DNA from: Mobula hypostoma
Lineage: Eukaryota
Assembly: GCF_963921235.1 (NCBI RefSeq)
Contig: NC_086108.1
Span: 99,946,001-100,010,000 of the forward strand
Length of the DNA stretch: 64,000 nt
Direction: 5' to 3'
Shown: in pieces, positions 1-12,385 of the stretch
How the letters are laid out: each line of letters starts with the position of its first letter
Position numbering within the stretch: the first letter of the stretch is position 1
The notes under the pieces: generated by a model
Databases searched by the model: none
What the model was told of the DNA's origin: nothing
The model's input: only the letters and a program-made list of their open reading frames with translations
Position numbers and translations under genes: made by a program

Positions 1-190
1 GAGGGACCCCAGCCCTCATTTTCGGGGTCTGCTAACTTGATACTTGTCTAACAACAGAACGAATCTCTAAACTTTCAATTGAAACTCCCACATTACCTCA
101 GGAAGATTATTTTTTTGGTGGGAAATTCTAGAATTCCTTTAATCTCCATGTTGTCCCAATCTGCCCAAGTCTGATTGATTACGTTGCACT

Positions 191-460
191 GGCACAATAG
201 TGTAACGCTTTGCAGAGCTAGTGATCGGAATATCGGAGTTCAATTCCCTTCGCTGTCTGTAATGCATTTGTAAATACTCACTGTGACTATGTGAGTTTCC
301 TGTGGGTGCTCGGGGCTCATCCACATTCCGAAAAGAAAGGTTAGGCTTATTAAGTTGTGGACATGGTATGATGGTGCTGGAAGCTTGCGGGCTGCCCACA
401 GACAATGCATTTCACTGTATACTTCAGTATTTCAATGTACCAGTGACAAGTAAAGCTAAT
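191..460 (+). mobile_element. Degenerate tRNA-derived V-domain SINE (HE1-like), tail type 2
   Basis: B-box-like GGAGTTCAATTCC at ~235, decayed V-domain (GAGTTTCCTGTGGGTGCTCGGGGCTCATCCACATTCCGAAA) and tail GCATTTCACTGTAT...GTGACAAGTAAAGCTAAT shared with copies at 28690 and 38165. Confidence 0.65.
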
Positions 461-1430
461 ATATGAATAAGACTTTCCGGCCTTTCCCATTTGTAAGACA
501 TCTGATCAGCTCCTTTAGTCATTCTCAACCTTCTTTCCTGAAGAGATTGTAAACCTAACCTGTGCAATCTCTCTGTACAAATAAACCCTTTTCATTCTGT
601 TTGATCTCTTCTCATGGCCTCTGGAGTAAACTTGCTTCAACCTGTGACAGTAGGACGTATTTAACTTGGTGAAATAACCCAAGATATTTCAACTAATCAA
701 TCAGGTACAGTACCTCCCAGAGCCAGAAGAAGGGATAGATGGGAACTAACCAGTTTTGTCGGGGTGGAAGTGTCCAGGGGCTTGAATTCCAGACTTCCTG
801 CTGAGGGGAAGAGCATAATTACTGATCCAAAAACTGAAATATACCTCAGCAAAATAAATTCCCCTTTTCACAGATGAAGTTGCCTCCAAGCTAAATTTGG
901 TTCAACTAACTTTTTTGAATCTCTTGATTCAAAAGAGAGGATTGACAATAAAAATGTCCTAAAGCTGCCTAGTTCCCTATGAGTTTAGCTGTGCTTCATA
1001 CTTACTCCAGCTTCATTTTTGAGGTAACAACGTGTTTTATCATGACAAGCTATTCAAGGAAAGGTTGTTACCACCGGTTAGCATGCACTCAGCATAAAAT
1101 GAGTCTATCATATCACTTATCAAGTGATACACCTTTGAGCAGAGCTTTCAGTTTAGGCACACTGCAAGCCAACTAAAATAGTAAATGTGCTTCTTCAAAA
1201 CTAACACCCTATTAGCCTTTCTTTAAGTTTTCCTTTCTCATGGCCTTGCTCTGATTATTATTGATTATTATTGTCACATGGACCAAGTCAGGGAGCACTA
1301 CAGCACAGAAGCAGGCCATTCAGTCCATCTAGTCTGTGCCGAACTGGTTTTCTGCCTCATTCCATCTACCTGCACCTGGACCATGGGCGTCCACCCCTTT
1401 CTCATTTATGCACCTATCCAAACTTCAATT

Positions 1431-2050
1431 TTAGATTATGAAGACACGTAGTCCTCTTTTATTGTCATTTAGTAATGCATGCATTAAGAAACGATACAAT
1501 ATTTCCTCCGGTGTGATATCACAAAACACAGGACAGACCGAGACTGAAAAAACTGACAAAACCACATAATTATAACATATAGTTACAACAGTGCAACAAT
1601 ATCATAACTTGATGAAGAAGGCCATGAGCACAGTAAAGTTCAAAGTTTCTCAAATGTCCCACATCTCATGCAGACGGGAGAAGGAAGAAAAACTCTCCCT
1701 GCCATGCCGACCACAATCCGACTCTGAGTCATCCGAAGACTTCGAGCTCTGATCAGCTCTCCGACACCGAGTACTGAGCGCCATCTCTGTCCGAATGATT
1801 CGACCTCCTTCTTGGTCGCCAAAAGCAGGCAAGGCCAGGGAATTTGAGGCCTACTCTCCGAAAGATTCCTAACCACGTAATAACGACAGCAGCGAACGAG
1901 CGTTTCAGAAATTTCTCCAGATGTTCCTCTGTGCTTTCACATTCATTCTCCATCAAATCATAATTGTCCACGGCCCCTATTTAACAGATACGATATCATT
2001 TTTCACCAGAGGGCTGCGCACATGCAGGTGCACCGCCATCTTCTCCTCCC
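1431..2050 (-). mobile_element. Non-coding ~620-bp retroposon with GGGAGGAGAAGATGGCGG head (copy 1)
   Basis: End-to-end colinear with 16787-17473: same head and same tail CTAAATGACAATAAAAGAGGACT...CATAATCTAA; interrupts a CR1 fragment. Confidence 0.8.
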
Positions 2051-2254
2051 GCAATTGAACCTCCATCTACAACATCTGCTGGCAGCTCATTCCACACTCA
2101 CACCACCCTCTTAGTTCCCCCTTAGTTTCTCCTTAAATATTTTATCTTTCACACTAAAAGTTTGACTGCTAGTTCTGGTCTCACCCAACCTGATGGGGGA
2201 AACCCCGGCATTCATTCACTCCTATCTATACCCCTCATAATTGTGTATACCTCT

Positions 2255-2687
2255 TGTTAGGGCATTTTTGGGGTTAGGGCATATAGCAAATAACTTCAAC
2301 ATCTAACGTCAACATCTAACGTCAGCTACCTTTCTTCAGATCTGAATATGGACTGTAGATTAAATTTAAAATGCAGCGCTGGATAATAGGTTCCTAAAAT
2401 TTGTGAACTTCAGTTAATTAGAAGACCAGACAGACTGATTTAAAATTCATTGTGTGTCTGGAGTGTGGCTGTGAAGAAAGAGTTGTAAAAGTTATATCTA
2501 AGTTAAAGGAAAGCATTGTAGATACTTGTAAATATAGAATCGTCCTTTGATCATTAGCATGTAATGTTGAGTCGAGCAGGCCTCTTCTTCTGAAATGATT
2601 TCTATATGATGACTACTGTGTCAAATAAAGTGACTACTTTATTTCTACCAGCTTCTTCTCTCCAGTTAGTTGGTTCACACAGCAACA
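2255..2687 (+). mobile_element. Probable solo LTR
   Basis: 433-bp insert in CR1 with termini TGTT...AACA, AATAAA about 60 bp from the 3' end, and flanks CCTCT/CTTCT (5-bp TSD, 1 mismatch). Confidence 0.6.
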
Positions 2688-2817
2688 CTTCTCCTCTTGT
2701 TCTCCTGTGTTCTAGGAAATAACGCATTAACCTATTCAACCTTTCCCTTCTGGAAGCTCACATTTGTATCGCAGTATTTAAATAGAGAGAGAATAAAAAA
2801 CATTTAAGATTCATCTC

Positions 2818-3246
2818 TAGGTCTTTATTCTTTGGAGCATAGAAGGTTGAGAGGGGACTTGATAGAGGTGTTTAAAATTATGAGGGGGAGAAAATTAAAA
2901 TTATCTATATAGAGTTGACGTGGGTAGGCTTTTTCCATTGAGAGTGGGGGAGATTCAAACAAGAGGACATGAGTTGAGAGTTAAAGGGCAAAAGTTTAGG
3001 GGTAACATGAGGGGGAACTCCTTTACTCAGAGAGTGGTAGCTGTGTGGAACGAGCTTCCAGCAGAAGTGGTTGAGGCAGGTTCGATGTTGTCGCTTAAAG
3101 TTAAATTGGATAGATATATGGACAGGAAGAGAATGGAGGGTTATGGACCGAGTGCAGGTCGGTGGGACTAGGTGAGAATAAGAGTTTGGCATGGACTAGA
3201 AGGGCCAAGATGGCTTGTTTCCGTGCTGTAATTGTTATATGGTTAT
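2818..3246 (+). mobile_element. CR1 LINE 3' end
   Basis: ORF2 C-terminal motifs TRGHEL...FTQRVVAVWNELP...KLDRYMD (ORF 2920-3171), then 3' UTR with a TTATATGG-type repeat tail. Confidence 0.9.
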
Positions 3247-3371
3247 ATCTCAGGAACAACTTGAACACTGGGCAACAGAAAGTAAAATTAGAACATCCAA
3301 AAACTGCAAATGGTGAAAATTTGAAGCAAAACAAGAAAAAACTGGAGAGAGGCATCAAGTTGGGTCGCAGC

Positions 3372-3690
3372 TCAAAGTTCAAAGTAAATTTATTATCGAA
3401 GTACGTATACGTCACCACATACTGCCCTGAGATTCATTTTCTTGTTGGCATTCACAGTACAACAAAGAAGTGCAATAGAATAAATGAAAAGATACAAACA
3501 AAGACTGGCAAACAAACAATCTGTAAAAGAAGATAAACTGAAATAAATAAATATAAATATATATGTGTGTGTGTGAATATTGAAAAATTGAGTTGTAGAG
3601 CCCGTGAAAGTGGACATAGATTGTGGAATCAATTTAGTGTTGAGGTGAGTGAAATTAACCGCACTAGTTCAGGAGCGTGAGGTGTAATAG
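3372..3690 (-). mobile_element. Rex1/Babar-type LINE 3' UTR fragment with (GAACTTT)n tail
   Basis: TCAAAGTTCAAAGTAAATTTATTATC...CCCTGAGATTCATTTTCTTG; same family at ~16658, 33247, 37575, 63745 and in + orientation at 34565, 45225, 48590, 57085. Confidence 0.7.
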
Positions 3691-3859
3691 CTGTGGGGAG
3701 AGAAACAAGATTAAGGTTTCAGGTTGAAAATATGTTGTCAGAAAGAGGGTGATTCTACTTGTGGGGGAACTTTAGAAATCTACAGAGACAGGTCAAGATG
3801 ACAGCAAAGAGAGTGAAATGATAGCCAGAGAGTAGAGGAAGTGACCAAGAAGAAAGGCT

Positions 3860-4240
3860 GAGGGGAGAGCATAGAAGTTTATGAGATTATGAGAGGCATA
3901 GGTAAGGTAGACAATCAGAATCTCTTTCCCCAATGTAGAGAGGTCAAGTATTAGAGGACATACATTTAGGAAAAGAGGGGGAAAGTTTAAGGGAGATGTG
4001 ATGAACAAACCCTTTTTTCACGCAGAGAGCGGTAGTGCCTGGAACAGTGAAAGCACTGAGAGTGGGGAAGCAGTGAACGTAAATCCAGTAGTGGTGTTTA
4101 AGAGGCCGTTAGACACATGAAAGAGGAATTGGTGGCATCTGGATCACGTACAAGCAGAAGAGGTTTAGTTTAATTTGGCACCTTGTTCAGTCCAGTCATA
4201 TGGGCCAAAGGGCTTGTTCCCAGGCAGTGATCTATGTTCA
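3860..4240 (+). mobile_element. Old CR1 LINE 3' end
   Basis: Decayed ORF2 C-terminus and 3' UTR ending GGGCCAAAGGGCTTGTTCC...TCTATGTTC. Confidence 0.75.
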
Positions 4241-4354
4241 AGATATAAATGAGCAGATCTGGAGCAGGGACAAATAATTGACAGACAAATTGAAGCCACA
4301 TTTTGTGTATGATTTAATTGCCATTATGGACAAGTGGTTACAAATGACTAAGAC

Positions 4355-4700
4355 CAGTGCTTCCTCTAAGGGCCGTGCATGTGTGCACACATACATCTTT
4401 TGCTACTAGCATACAAAGGAATTTAAACTGCGCACAAAAGTTGTCACCCTCTACCTCATTGGTATGTAAAGTTATTTTCACAATCATACACAATCACATA
4501 TCCTTTTCCAGTTTCTTATGAGACAGTGTTGACAATGTGGAGTTTGTGATGATTTGCCTGTAGATTTTAGAACTGGCTTATTTATTCCTTTTTTATTGAA
4601 GATATTGTTCAGTGCGCACATGTTGTTGTCACTAGGCAAAAAATTGCACAGCACAAGATTTTTTTCACACATTGGTCATTACATATTAGGGGAATTGTTG
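4355..4700 (+). mobile_element. hAT-type MITE
   Basis: Imperfect TIRs CAGTGCTTCCTCTAA / TTAGGGGAATTGTTG; 8-bp TSD ACTAAGAC (4347-4354) / ACTGAGAC (4701-4708); inverted homologue at 33956-34150. Confidence 0.8.
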
Positions 4701-4849
4701 ACTGAGACTGGAAATTTCCAATTCAAAGACTTTAAAAGAGCTCAGCACTAGGAGGGATAGTGACAATATAGAGGAAGAATAACTTCTCAAGATATGAAAT
4801 CAGTTTGGTGGAATTAAGAAACGTTAAGAGACAGAGAAAATTGTGGGAG

Positions 4850-5330
4850 GTTTACATAGTCTCCCAAACTCTCAAGATAATGGAATCATAGTAGAAGTGA
4901 GAAAATTGGAGGTGCATGAAATAGGTATAATACAATAATCATGGGAGACATTTTAATCTACATTTAGATTGAACAAACCAAATTAACAGTAACTGCGTGG
5001 AGGATGAATTCATGTTGTGTATAAGAAATAGTTTCCTAGATCAGTATGTAGAAGAACCAACGAGGGACCAGGTTTACTTTGGATCTAGTTCTGTGTGATG
5101 AGAAAATGTTAATTAATAATCTGGTAGTTAATTGGCCTTCAAAGAAGATGGATTATAATAAGATAGAATTTTCTATAAATGTTGAAAGGATGTAGTACAA
5201 ACTGAAATCAGGGTCTTAAATTTAAAACAAAGGAAAGTTCAGAGGTTTGGATTGTGAGATGATTGTAGTTTGGAAATCTATGTTTAAAGGTGTGAATATA
5301 CAAACCAACAGATAATACTTAAAGAATTAA
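4850..5330 (+). mobile_element. Highly decayed CR1 ORF2 endonuclease region
   Basis: Remnants resembling IIMGDFN (ATAATCATGGGAGACATTTTAAT) and FLDQYVEEPTR..LDLVL (TTCCTAGATCAGTATGTAGAAGAACCAACGAGG). Confidence 0.7.
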
Positions 5331-5335
5331 TGCAT

Positions 5336-5708
5336 AGTTACATGGATGAAGTCACCGGACAAAAGTACTGGTAGTTATGAAGCGGCCTCTTTATTAGACA
5401 AAACAAGATACAGCAGGGCAGGCATCATATTGAGACCCTTTCAAAGGAAAGGTGTGCTTGGCCCAGCCCTGTGCATCATTTTATGTGCTAAAGATCATTC
5501 AGGACAATTCAAACAAATCCATATTTACAAAGTTCCTTTGAAATACACACCCTTTTCAAATGTCCCTCCTTTGTACCCATACTACAGACACTCAAGTACA
5601 CAAAAATAATGTTACTAAATCAGTGTTGTCCACCCACTGTTCAGAGTTACATTTCAGATTTAATCTTCATTGCATATGCAGATCTGAAGTTTGGTCACTG
5701 AAGTAACA
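5336..5708 (-). mobile_element. Possible solo LTR
   Basis: Termini AGTTAC...GTAACA (1 mismatch from TGTTAC/GTAACA) and a minus-strand AATAAA about 55 bp from the left end; no convincing TSD. Confidence 0.4.
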
Positions 5709-5906
5709 CATTTCAGGTTGGCGCCCACTTTGTGATGTGTATGCTGCTGCCCTTGTCATAGAGTCTTAGAGCATTACAGCACAGAAACAGACCCTTCGGT
5801 CCATTTAGTCTGTACCGACCTGGCCTTCTGCCCAGTCCCATCTCCCAGTACCCAGATCATATCCCTCTATATCCCCCTCATCCATGTACAGTACTTACCC
5901 AAACTT

Positions 5907-6340
5907 AGTCATAGTCATACTTTATTGATCCCGAGGGAAATTGGTTTTTGTTACAGTTGCACCATAAATAATTAGATAGTAATAAAACCACAAATAATTA
6001 AATAGTAATATTTAAATTATGCCAGGAAATAAGTCCAGGACCAGCCTATTGGCTCAGGGTGTCTGACCCTCCAAGGGAGGAGTTGTAAAATTTGATGGCC
6101 ACAGGCAGGAATGACTTCCTATGATGCTCAGTTTTGCATCTCGGTGGAATGAGTCTCTGGCTGAATGTACTCCTGTGCCCAACCAGTCCGTTATGTAGTG
6201 GATGGGAGACATTGTCCAAGATGGCATGCAACTTGGACAGCATCCTCTTTTCAGACACCACCGTGAAAGAGTCCAGTTCCATCCCCACAACATCACTGGC
6301 CTTACGAATGAGTTTGTTGATTCTGTTGGTGTCTGCTGCC
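5907..6340 (-). mobile_element. Rex1/Babar LINE, 5'-truncated (young subfamily)
   Basis: Encodes RINKLIRKASDVVG...HPLH...RKSFLPVAIK; (ATGACT)n tail; near-identical to 9344-9767 and 17621-18740. Confidence 0.92.
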
Positions 6341-7014
6341 CTTCTTTTAAACATTGCAATTGAAACCACATCTACTACTTCAAATCAATATTCACTTTAT
6401 GTCTTAACCTCAAAACACCCTAACAGCTTACATTAATTATATACCCCTTTAAAGACCAGAAGAACATACGGCACAATAGCATAATTAAGCCATTCAGCCC
6501 ATCAGGTATGCTCTGCTATTCCATCACGGTTAAGTTATATCCCTTTCAACCCCGTTCTCCTGCCTTCTCCCCATGACCTTTGATGTCCGGACTAATCATC
6601 CTCTCCAAATCTACTCTTTTTAGGCCTTTCAATATTCAATACGTTTCAATGAGATCCTCCATCATTCATCTAAACTCGAGTGAGTACAGGCACAGAACCA
6701 TCAAATGCTCCTCATATGTTAACCCTTTCATTCCCAGGATTATTCTCTGGACATTCTCCAATGCCAGCACTAAGCACAAGTCTACAAAAGGAAGAGGTAG
6801 TGATTCAAAGTGAATGACACACAATCTGCTGGGGGAGTTCAATGGGTCGAGAAGCATTGGGAGTGGATAGAAATTGTCGATCAACATTTTGGGTCACAAT
6901 CTGCATCAGAACTGCTAGTATTAGGTCAAAAGAAAAAGCCTATAGTGTTGTCAAAAAAAAATCCCAAGTATTGGAAAACTTTCAAACTTTGGGCCCACAG
7001 CATTCTCAACAGGG

Positions 7015-7500
7015 AGGGTGAACAGTGAAATCATGTTATATATTGGTACCAATGACAAAGGTAGGAAAAGGGAAGAGGCCATGAAAAGACAATATAGAGA
7101 GTTAAGTAGAAAGCTGAAAGGCAGGACCTCAAAGGAGGTAATCGCTTACTGTCTGTGCCACGCACTAGTGAGGGTAAGAATAGGATGATTTGCAGATGAA
7201 TGCGTGGCTGAGGAATTGTTGCAGGGGACATGGTTTCAGATTTCTGGATCACTGGGATCTCTTCTGGGGAAGGTATGAGATGTACAAAAAGGACAGATTA
7301 CACCTGAACCTGAGGGAGACCAATATCCTTGTGGGCAGGTTTGCTGGAGCTGTTGGGGAGGGTTTAAACTAATTTCACAGGGGAATGGGAACTGGAATGA
7401 TAGGACTGAGGATGGGACAGTTGGTATATAAGTAGATGCAGTGTGTAGTGAGACTGTGAGGAAGGACAGGCAGATGATAGGGCAAAACTGCAGTTAGTGG
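7015..7500 (+). mobile_element. CR1 ORF1 (esterase/SGNH-like domain) remnant
   Basis: Translation MNAWLRNCCRGHGFRFLDHWDLFWGR...DRLHLN..TNILVGRF matches the CR1 ORF1p C-terminus. Confidence 0.75.
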
Positions 7501-7554
7501 GATAAGATGACGTGTCACTAGGGGTAAAACAGAAAAAGGTGAATATTGAATGTT

Positions 7555-8125
7555 GAATTATACTCCATTGTTCAGACCACATGGAGTATTGTGAGCAAGT
7601 TTGGGCCTCTTATCTAGAAAGAGAATTGCTGGCATTACAGAAAGACCAGAGAACTTTCACAAGAATGGTTTTGAGAATGGAAATGTTAACATATGAGGAG
7701 CATTTGATTGCTCTGGGCCTGTACTCACTGGAGTTTAGAAAAACGAGGGGAATTTCACTGAAACCTATTGAATACTGAAAGGTCTAGGTAGTGTGGATGG
7801 GAAGAGGATTTTTCTACAGTGGGGAGTCTTGGACCAGAGGACATAACCTCCGAATACAAGGATGTCTGTTTAGAATATAAATGTGGAGGAATTTATTTTG
7901 CTAAAGGGTTGTTAATCTTTGAAATTCATTGCCATAGATGTCAGAGGAGGCCAAGACATTAGCTATATTTAAAGAACAGGTCGATAGGCTCTTGATTAGT
8001 CTGGGAGATAAAGGTTATGGGGAGAAGGCAGGAGAATGAGAGTGATAATGCATCAGCCATGATGGAATAGCAGAGCACACTAGATGGAGCGAATAACCTA
8101 ACTGTGCTCCAACGTCTTATGGTCT
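7555..8125 (+). mobile_element. CR1 LINE 3' end
   Basis: RPHMEYCEQVWASY...YEEHLIALGLYSLEFR motif, tail GTCTTATGGTCTT. Confidence 0.85.
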
Positions 8126-9261
8126 TGTAGTTTAAAGTTCAGCAAAGTTGGTATAAGAAGTTACCAACTTCTTATACCAACTAAGGAAAGGAGTGGTAAT
8201 ATAGATACATCGGAGTAAGATGGTGAACAATATACGAAGTCTGGAAAAGGATCAATAAACATGTAAAAGAGAAAGGATTTGCAAAAGTTTGGTTATTTAA
8301 TGAGATTGAAATGATTTTGTGCTCAGAAGGGCTTCAAATGTAATTTAACTAAAAGGGAATGGCAGAGAAATTAAATATTTCATTTCTATCTTTGTGGAAA
8401 ATGGTAAAAGAAACATGCCAGAAATACGATACTGAAATAGGTTAAAATTGAATGAAGCACCTAAAGAAATTAGCATTAATTGTTGGGTGAAGCTAGAACT
8501 AGAACTTAAGGTAAAAGGCAAAATATTTAAGGGGAACCTGAGGGAGATCTTCTTCACTCAGAGGGTGATGTGAATGTGAAAGTGGTGGATATTGGTTCAA
8601 TTGCAACATTTAAGACTAATTTGCATAGGTACGGGAATGAAGGGTTATGGAGAACTATAGTCCAGGCGTAGGTCAATGGGACTACCAGGCAGAATAACAG
8701 TTTGGCACAGACTAGTTGGGCTGAAGGGCCTGTTTCTGTTCCTTTGTGCTCTATGACTCCATGATCGAGAAATGGCAAATACCAGGAATCAAATTATTTC
8801 AAAGGGATGGCAATGACCATAGTGGATGTACTAGACAATCAGGTTCCAAAGAATTCCAAGGATTCTAGTATGGTCTCCACACTCCGATAGATAGCCAATA
8901 TGCCTGTTATTTGAGAAAGGAGGGAGAAAGTAACGTGAACTGCAGATCAACTGGACTTGGTGCTAGAGTGCAGAGGACATACTATTATAAACTACTGTTC
9001 GGGAAATGGTACCAGGATATTCAGAAGATGGTGACAGAACTTAGCAGTATCACTATGGATTCATGAAAGTGCAGTCATATTTGACAAATCTGATTTTTGA
9101 ACTTTTTCAAGTGGTAACAAGCAAACTACACCCAGTATTATTATGAATATCCTGTACCTAATAAAGTGGACACTAAGTATATGTTTGTTGTCTTCTGCTG
9201 CTGTAGCCCATCCACTTCAAAGTTCAACATGTGCATTCAAAGATGCTCTTCTGCACAACCC

Positions 9262-10310
9262 CGGTGTCAACATCTCTGAAGATCTATCCTAGGCCCATTG
9301 ATGCAATTACAAAGCAGGCACAACAGCGGCTATGTCTCAACAAACAACAGAATCAACAAACTCATTTGTAAGGCCAGTGATGTTGTGGGGACGGAACTGG
9401 ACTCTCTCACGGTGGTGTCTGAAAAAAGGATGCTGTCCAAGTTGTATGCCATCTTGGACAATGTCTCCCATCCACTGCATAATGTACTGGCTGGGCACAG
9501 GAGTACATTCAGCCAGAGACTCATTCCACCGAGATGCAACACAGAGTGTCATAGGAAGTCATTCCTGCCTGTGGCCATCAAACTTTACAACTCCTCCCTT
9601 GGAGGGTCAGACACCCTGAGCCAATAGGCTGGCCCTGGACTTATTTCCTGGCATAATTTACATATTACTATTTAATTATTTATGGTTTTATTACTATTTA
9701 ATTATTTATGGTGCAACTGTAATGAAAACCAATTTCCCCCGGGATCAATAAAGTATGACTATGACTATTAGGAGTCTGAGGAGATTGAGTAAAGACTGTT
9801 GCAAATTGCTACAAATGTACCATGGAGAGAGAGCATTCTAACTGGTTGCGTCACCATCCCGTGTGTTGGGGACTATGCGGGATCAGAAAAAGCTGCAGAA
9901 AGTTGAAAACTCAGGAAGCTCTGTCTTGGGTATTAGACTCCTCTGCATCGAGGGCACTTTCAAAAGGTGATGCCTCAGAAATTGACGTCCATCAAGGACC
10001 CCCATCACCCAGGACATGTCCGCTTCTCGTTGCAGCCATCAAGGACGACGTACAGGGAGCCTGAAGACACATTCAACATTTCAGGACCAGTTTCTTCCCC
10101 TCCGCCATCAGATTTCTGAATGGACAATAAACCCATGTACACGACCTCACAAATTTTTTTTGCTCTCCTTATACACTATTTATTTAATCTTTTAAAAATA
10201 CTGTAAATATTTATTTTTATAACTTAATTTTTGATTATTATGTATTTCAATATTTTGCTGCTGCAAAACAAACCTCATGACAGAGATATTAAACCTGATT
10301 CTGATTCTGA
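9262..10310 (+). mobile_element. Older Rex1/Babar-like LINE 3' fragment (host of 9344-9767)
   Basis: GVNISEDLS..AQQRL motif before the insert, HHPGH..F..LPS motif after it, (ATTCTG)n tail at ~10300. Confidence 0.7.
9344..9767 (+). mobile_element. Rex1/Babar LINE, 5'-truncated (young subfamily)
   Basis: NRINKLICKASDVVG...RKSFLPVAIKLYNSSLGGSDTLSQ*, then AATAAAGT(ATGACT)n tail. Confidence 0.92.
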
Positions 10311-10990
10311 CTGGCGGGGTGCCACAAGATTAAGTGTTGGGGTTCCAGCTTTTCACAATTTACAGTATAATAATGATTTTGATGAGGGGACTAAGTCAAA
10401 TATATTCATATTTGCAGGTGATACAAGTTTGTAGCTGATGGTGGCAGGTCAGGGTTGAAGTAGTTTAGGGGGATATAGAGAGGTTAAGCAAATGGGCAAG
10501 GACGTGATGGATAGATTACCATGTGGAAAAATAACCAGTTCGGTAGGAAAAGAAAAATTGAAATTCAGAGAATATCTTTAAAAGGTTTAAGGTTGAAAAG
10601 TATTGGTATTCAGAGCGACTGGTATGTCCTCGTAAATGAATCACTAGAAATCCATTTGTAGGTGCAGTAAGCAATTAGGAAGGCAAATAGTGTGTTGGCC
10701 TTTATTGCAATGGGATTTGAATACAAGAGTAGTGATGTCTTGTGCCAATTAAATAAAGCTCTGATGAGATTGCATCTGGAATATTGTGTACAAATCTGGC
10801 CTCCCAGTGTAAGGAATGATATCCTTGCAATAGAGGGAGTGCAGTAAAGGTTCGTTAGAAAGATCCCTGGGATAGCGGGCACTGTTCAACGAGGAAAGAT
10901 TCAGCAGATTCAGCCTATTATACTCTCTTGAGTTCAGAGGAAAGACAGGTCATCTCTTTGAAACACGTAATATTCGTTCAGGGCTTGACC
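10311..10990 (+). mobile_element. Decayed CR1 RT/C-terminal fragment
   Basis: Remnants of the GVPQGSVLG and FADDTK motifs and HLEYCVQIWPP. Confidence 0.7.
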
Positions 10991-11174
10991 CTATTATCAA
11001 TCTGTATTTCTCAATGCTGTCCTTTACATTAGCCCACCATTGAGACATGGACAGTGTTAGCAAAGACAGAATCTGTCAGCCATCCCTTGGGAACATGTTG
11101 AAAAAATACTTCAAGGGAATTCAAAAAATTCCTGGGGAAGGAAATGAATCTCAAAATTAGTATATGGTGTCGTA

Positions 11175-11697
11175 CACTCACTGGTCACTTTAATACCTAT
11201 ATAGCTGTGCATTAATGCAAATATCTAATCAGTCAATCATGTGGCAAAAACTCAATGTATAAAAGCATGCTGACATGGTCAAGCGATTCAGTTGATGTTC
11301 AAATTACGGAAGTAATGTGATCTAAATGTCTTTAACTGTGGAATAATTGTTGGTGCCAGATTGGATGATTTGAGTATCTCAGAAACTACTGATTTCCCGG
11401 GATTTTCACATGCACCAGTCTCTAGAGCTTACAAAGAACACTGCAAAAAACAAAAAGCCTTCTCTGAGTGCCCGGTCTGTGGGTGAAAATGCCTTGTTAA
11501 TGAGAGAGGTCAGAGAAGAATGGCCAGATTAACTCAAATAAACATGCCTTACAACAGTGAGGTGCAGAAGAGCACATTTGAATGCACAACACATCAAACC
11601 CTAAGGTGGATGGGCTACAAAAACAGAAAACCATGAACATAAACTTAGTGGCCATTTTATTAGGTAAAGCAGAAACCTAATCAAGTGGCCACCGAGT
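11175..11697 (+). mobile_element. Tc1-derived non-autonomous DNA transposon
   Basis: TA flanks, TIRs similar to CACTCAGTGGCCACTTTATTAGGTA, decayed Tc1 transposase N-terminal HTH (GIIVGAR..LSISET.D..GFS); homologous to 59719-60277. Confidence 0.85.
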
Positions 11698-11814
11698 ATA
11701 TTTGTTCAGTGTTGATGCCATTGGCAATCCATATTTCTCCATGCTCTGGTTTTACCTTAGCCCATTCCTGGTGCTTGGCCAGTATTATACTTTATATTCT
11801 ATTGTCGCCAAACA

Positions 11815-12385
11815 ATTGATACTCGAGCATACAATCATCACAGCAATATTTGATTCTGCACTTCATGCTCCCTGGAGTACAAATCAATAGTGAATATTAA
11901 AAATTTAAATTATAAATTATATAGAAACATAGAAAATAGGTGCAGGAATAGGCCATTCAGCCCTTCGAACCTGCACCGCCATTCGGTATGATCATGGCTG
12001 ATCATCCAACTCAGAACCCTGTACCAGCCTTCCCTCCATACCCCGATCCCTTTAGCCACAAGGGCCATATAAATAGAAAATAGAAAAGATAGTGCAAAAA
12101 AACCGAGAGGCAGGTCTGGATATTTGGAGGGTGTGGCCCAGATCCGGTTCAGGATCTGTTCAGCAGTCTTATCACAGTTGGAAAGAAGCTGATCCCATTT
12201 CTGGCCATACGAGTCTTCAAGCTCCTGAGCCTTCTCCCGGAGGGAAGAGGGACGAAAAGTGTGTTGGCTGGGTGGGTCATGTCCTTGATTATCCTAGCAG
12301 CACTGCTCCAACAGCGTGCGGTGTAAAGTGAGTCCAAGGATGGAAGATTGGTTTGTGTGATGTGCTGGGCTGTGTTCATGGTCTT
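11815..12385 (-). mobile_element. Rex1/Babar-like LINE 3' fragment with a nested CR1 3' tail (~11921-12070)
   Basis: ORF 12149-12379 AARIIKD.THPANTLFVPLPSGRRLRSLKTR..R..SFFPTVIRLLN. Confidence 0.8.

Larger units (their letters stand above)
1290..2750 (-). mobile_element. CR1 LINE 3' fragment, interrupted by insertions at 1431-2050 and 2255-2687
   Basis: Reverse complement of the CR1 3' end seen throughout the window (ACAGCACAGAAGCAGGCC..., GGCAGCTCATTCCACACTCACACCACCCTC); colinear on both sides of each insert. Confidence 0.75.

Noticed and set aside
5719..5727. TGGCGCCCA as a tRNA-Lys primer-binding site after the candidate LTR
   Set aside because: Only 9 nt, 10 bp away from the terminus, opposite to the orientation implied by the poly(A) signal, and no internal retroviral sequence follows
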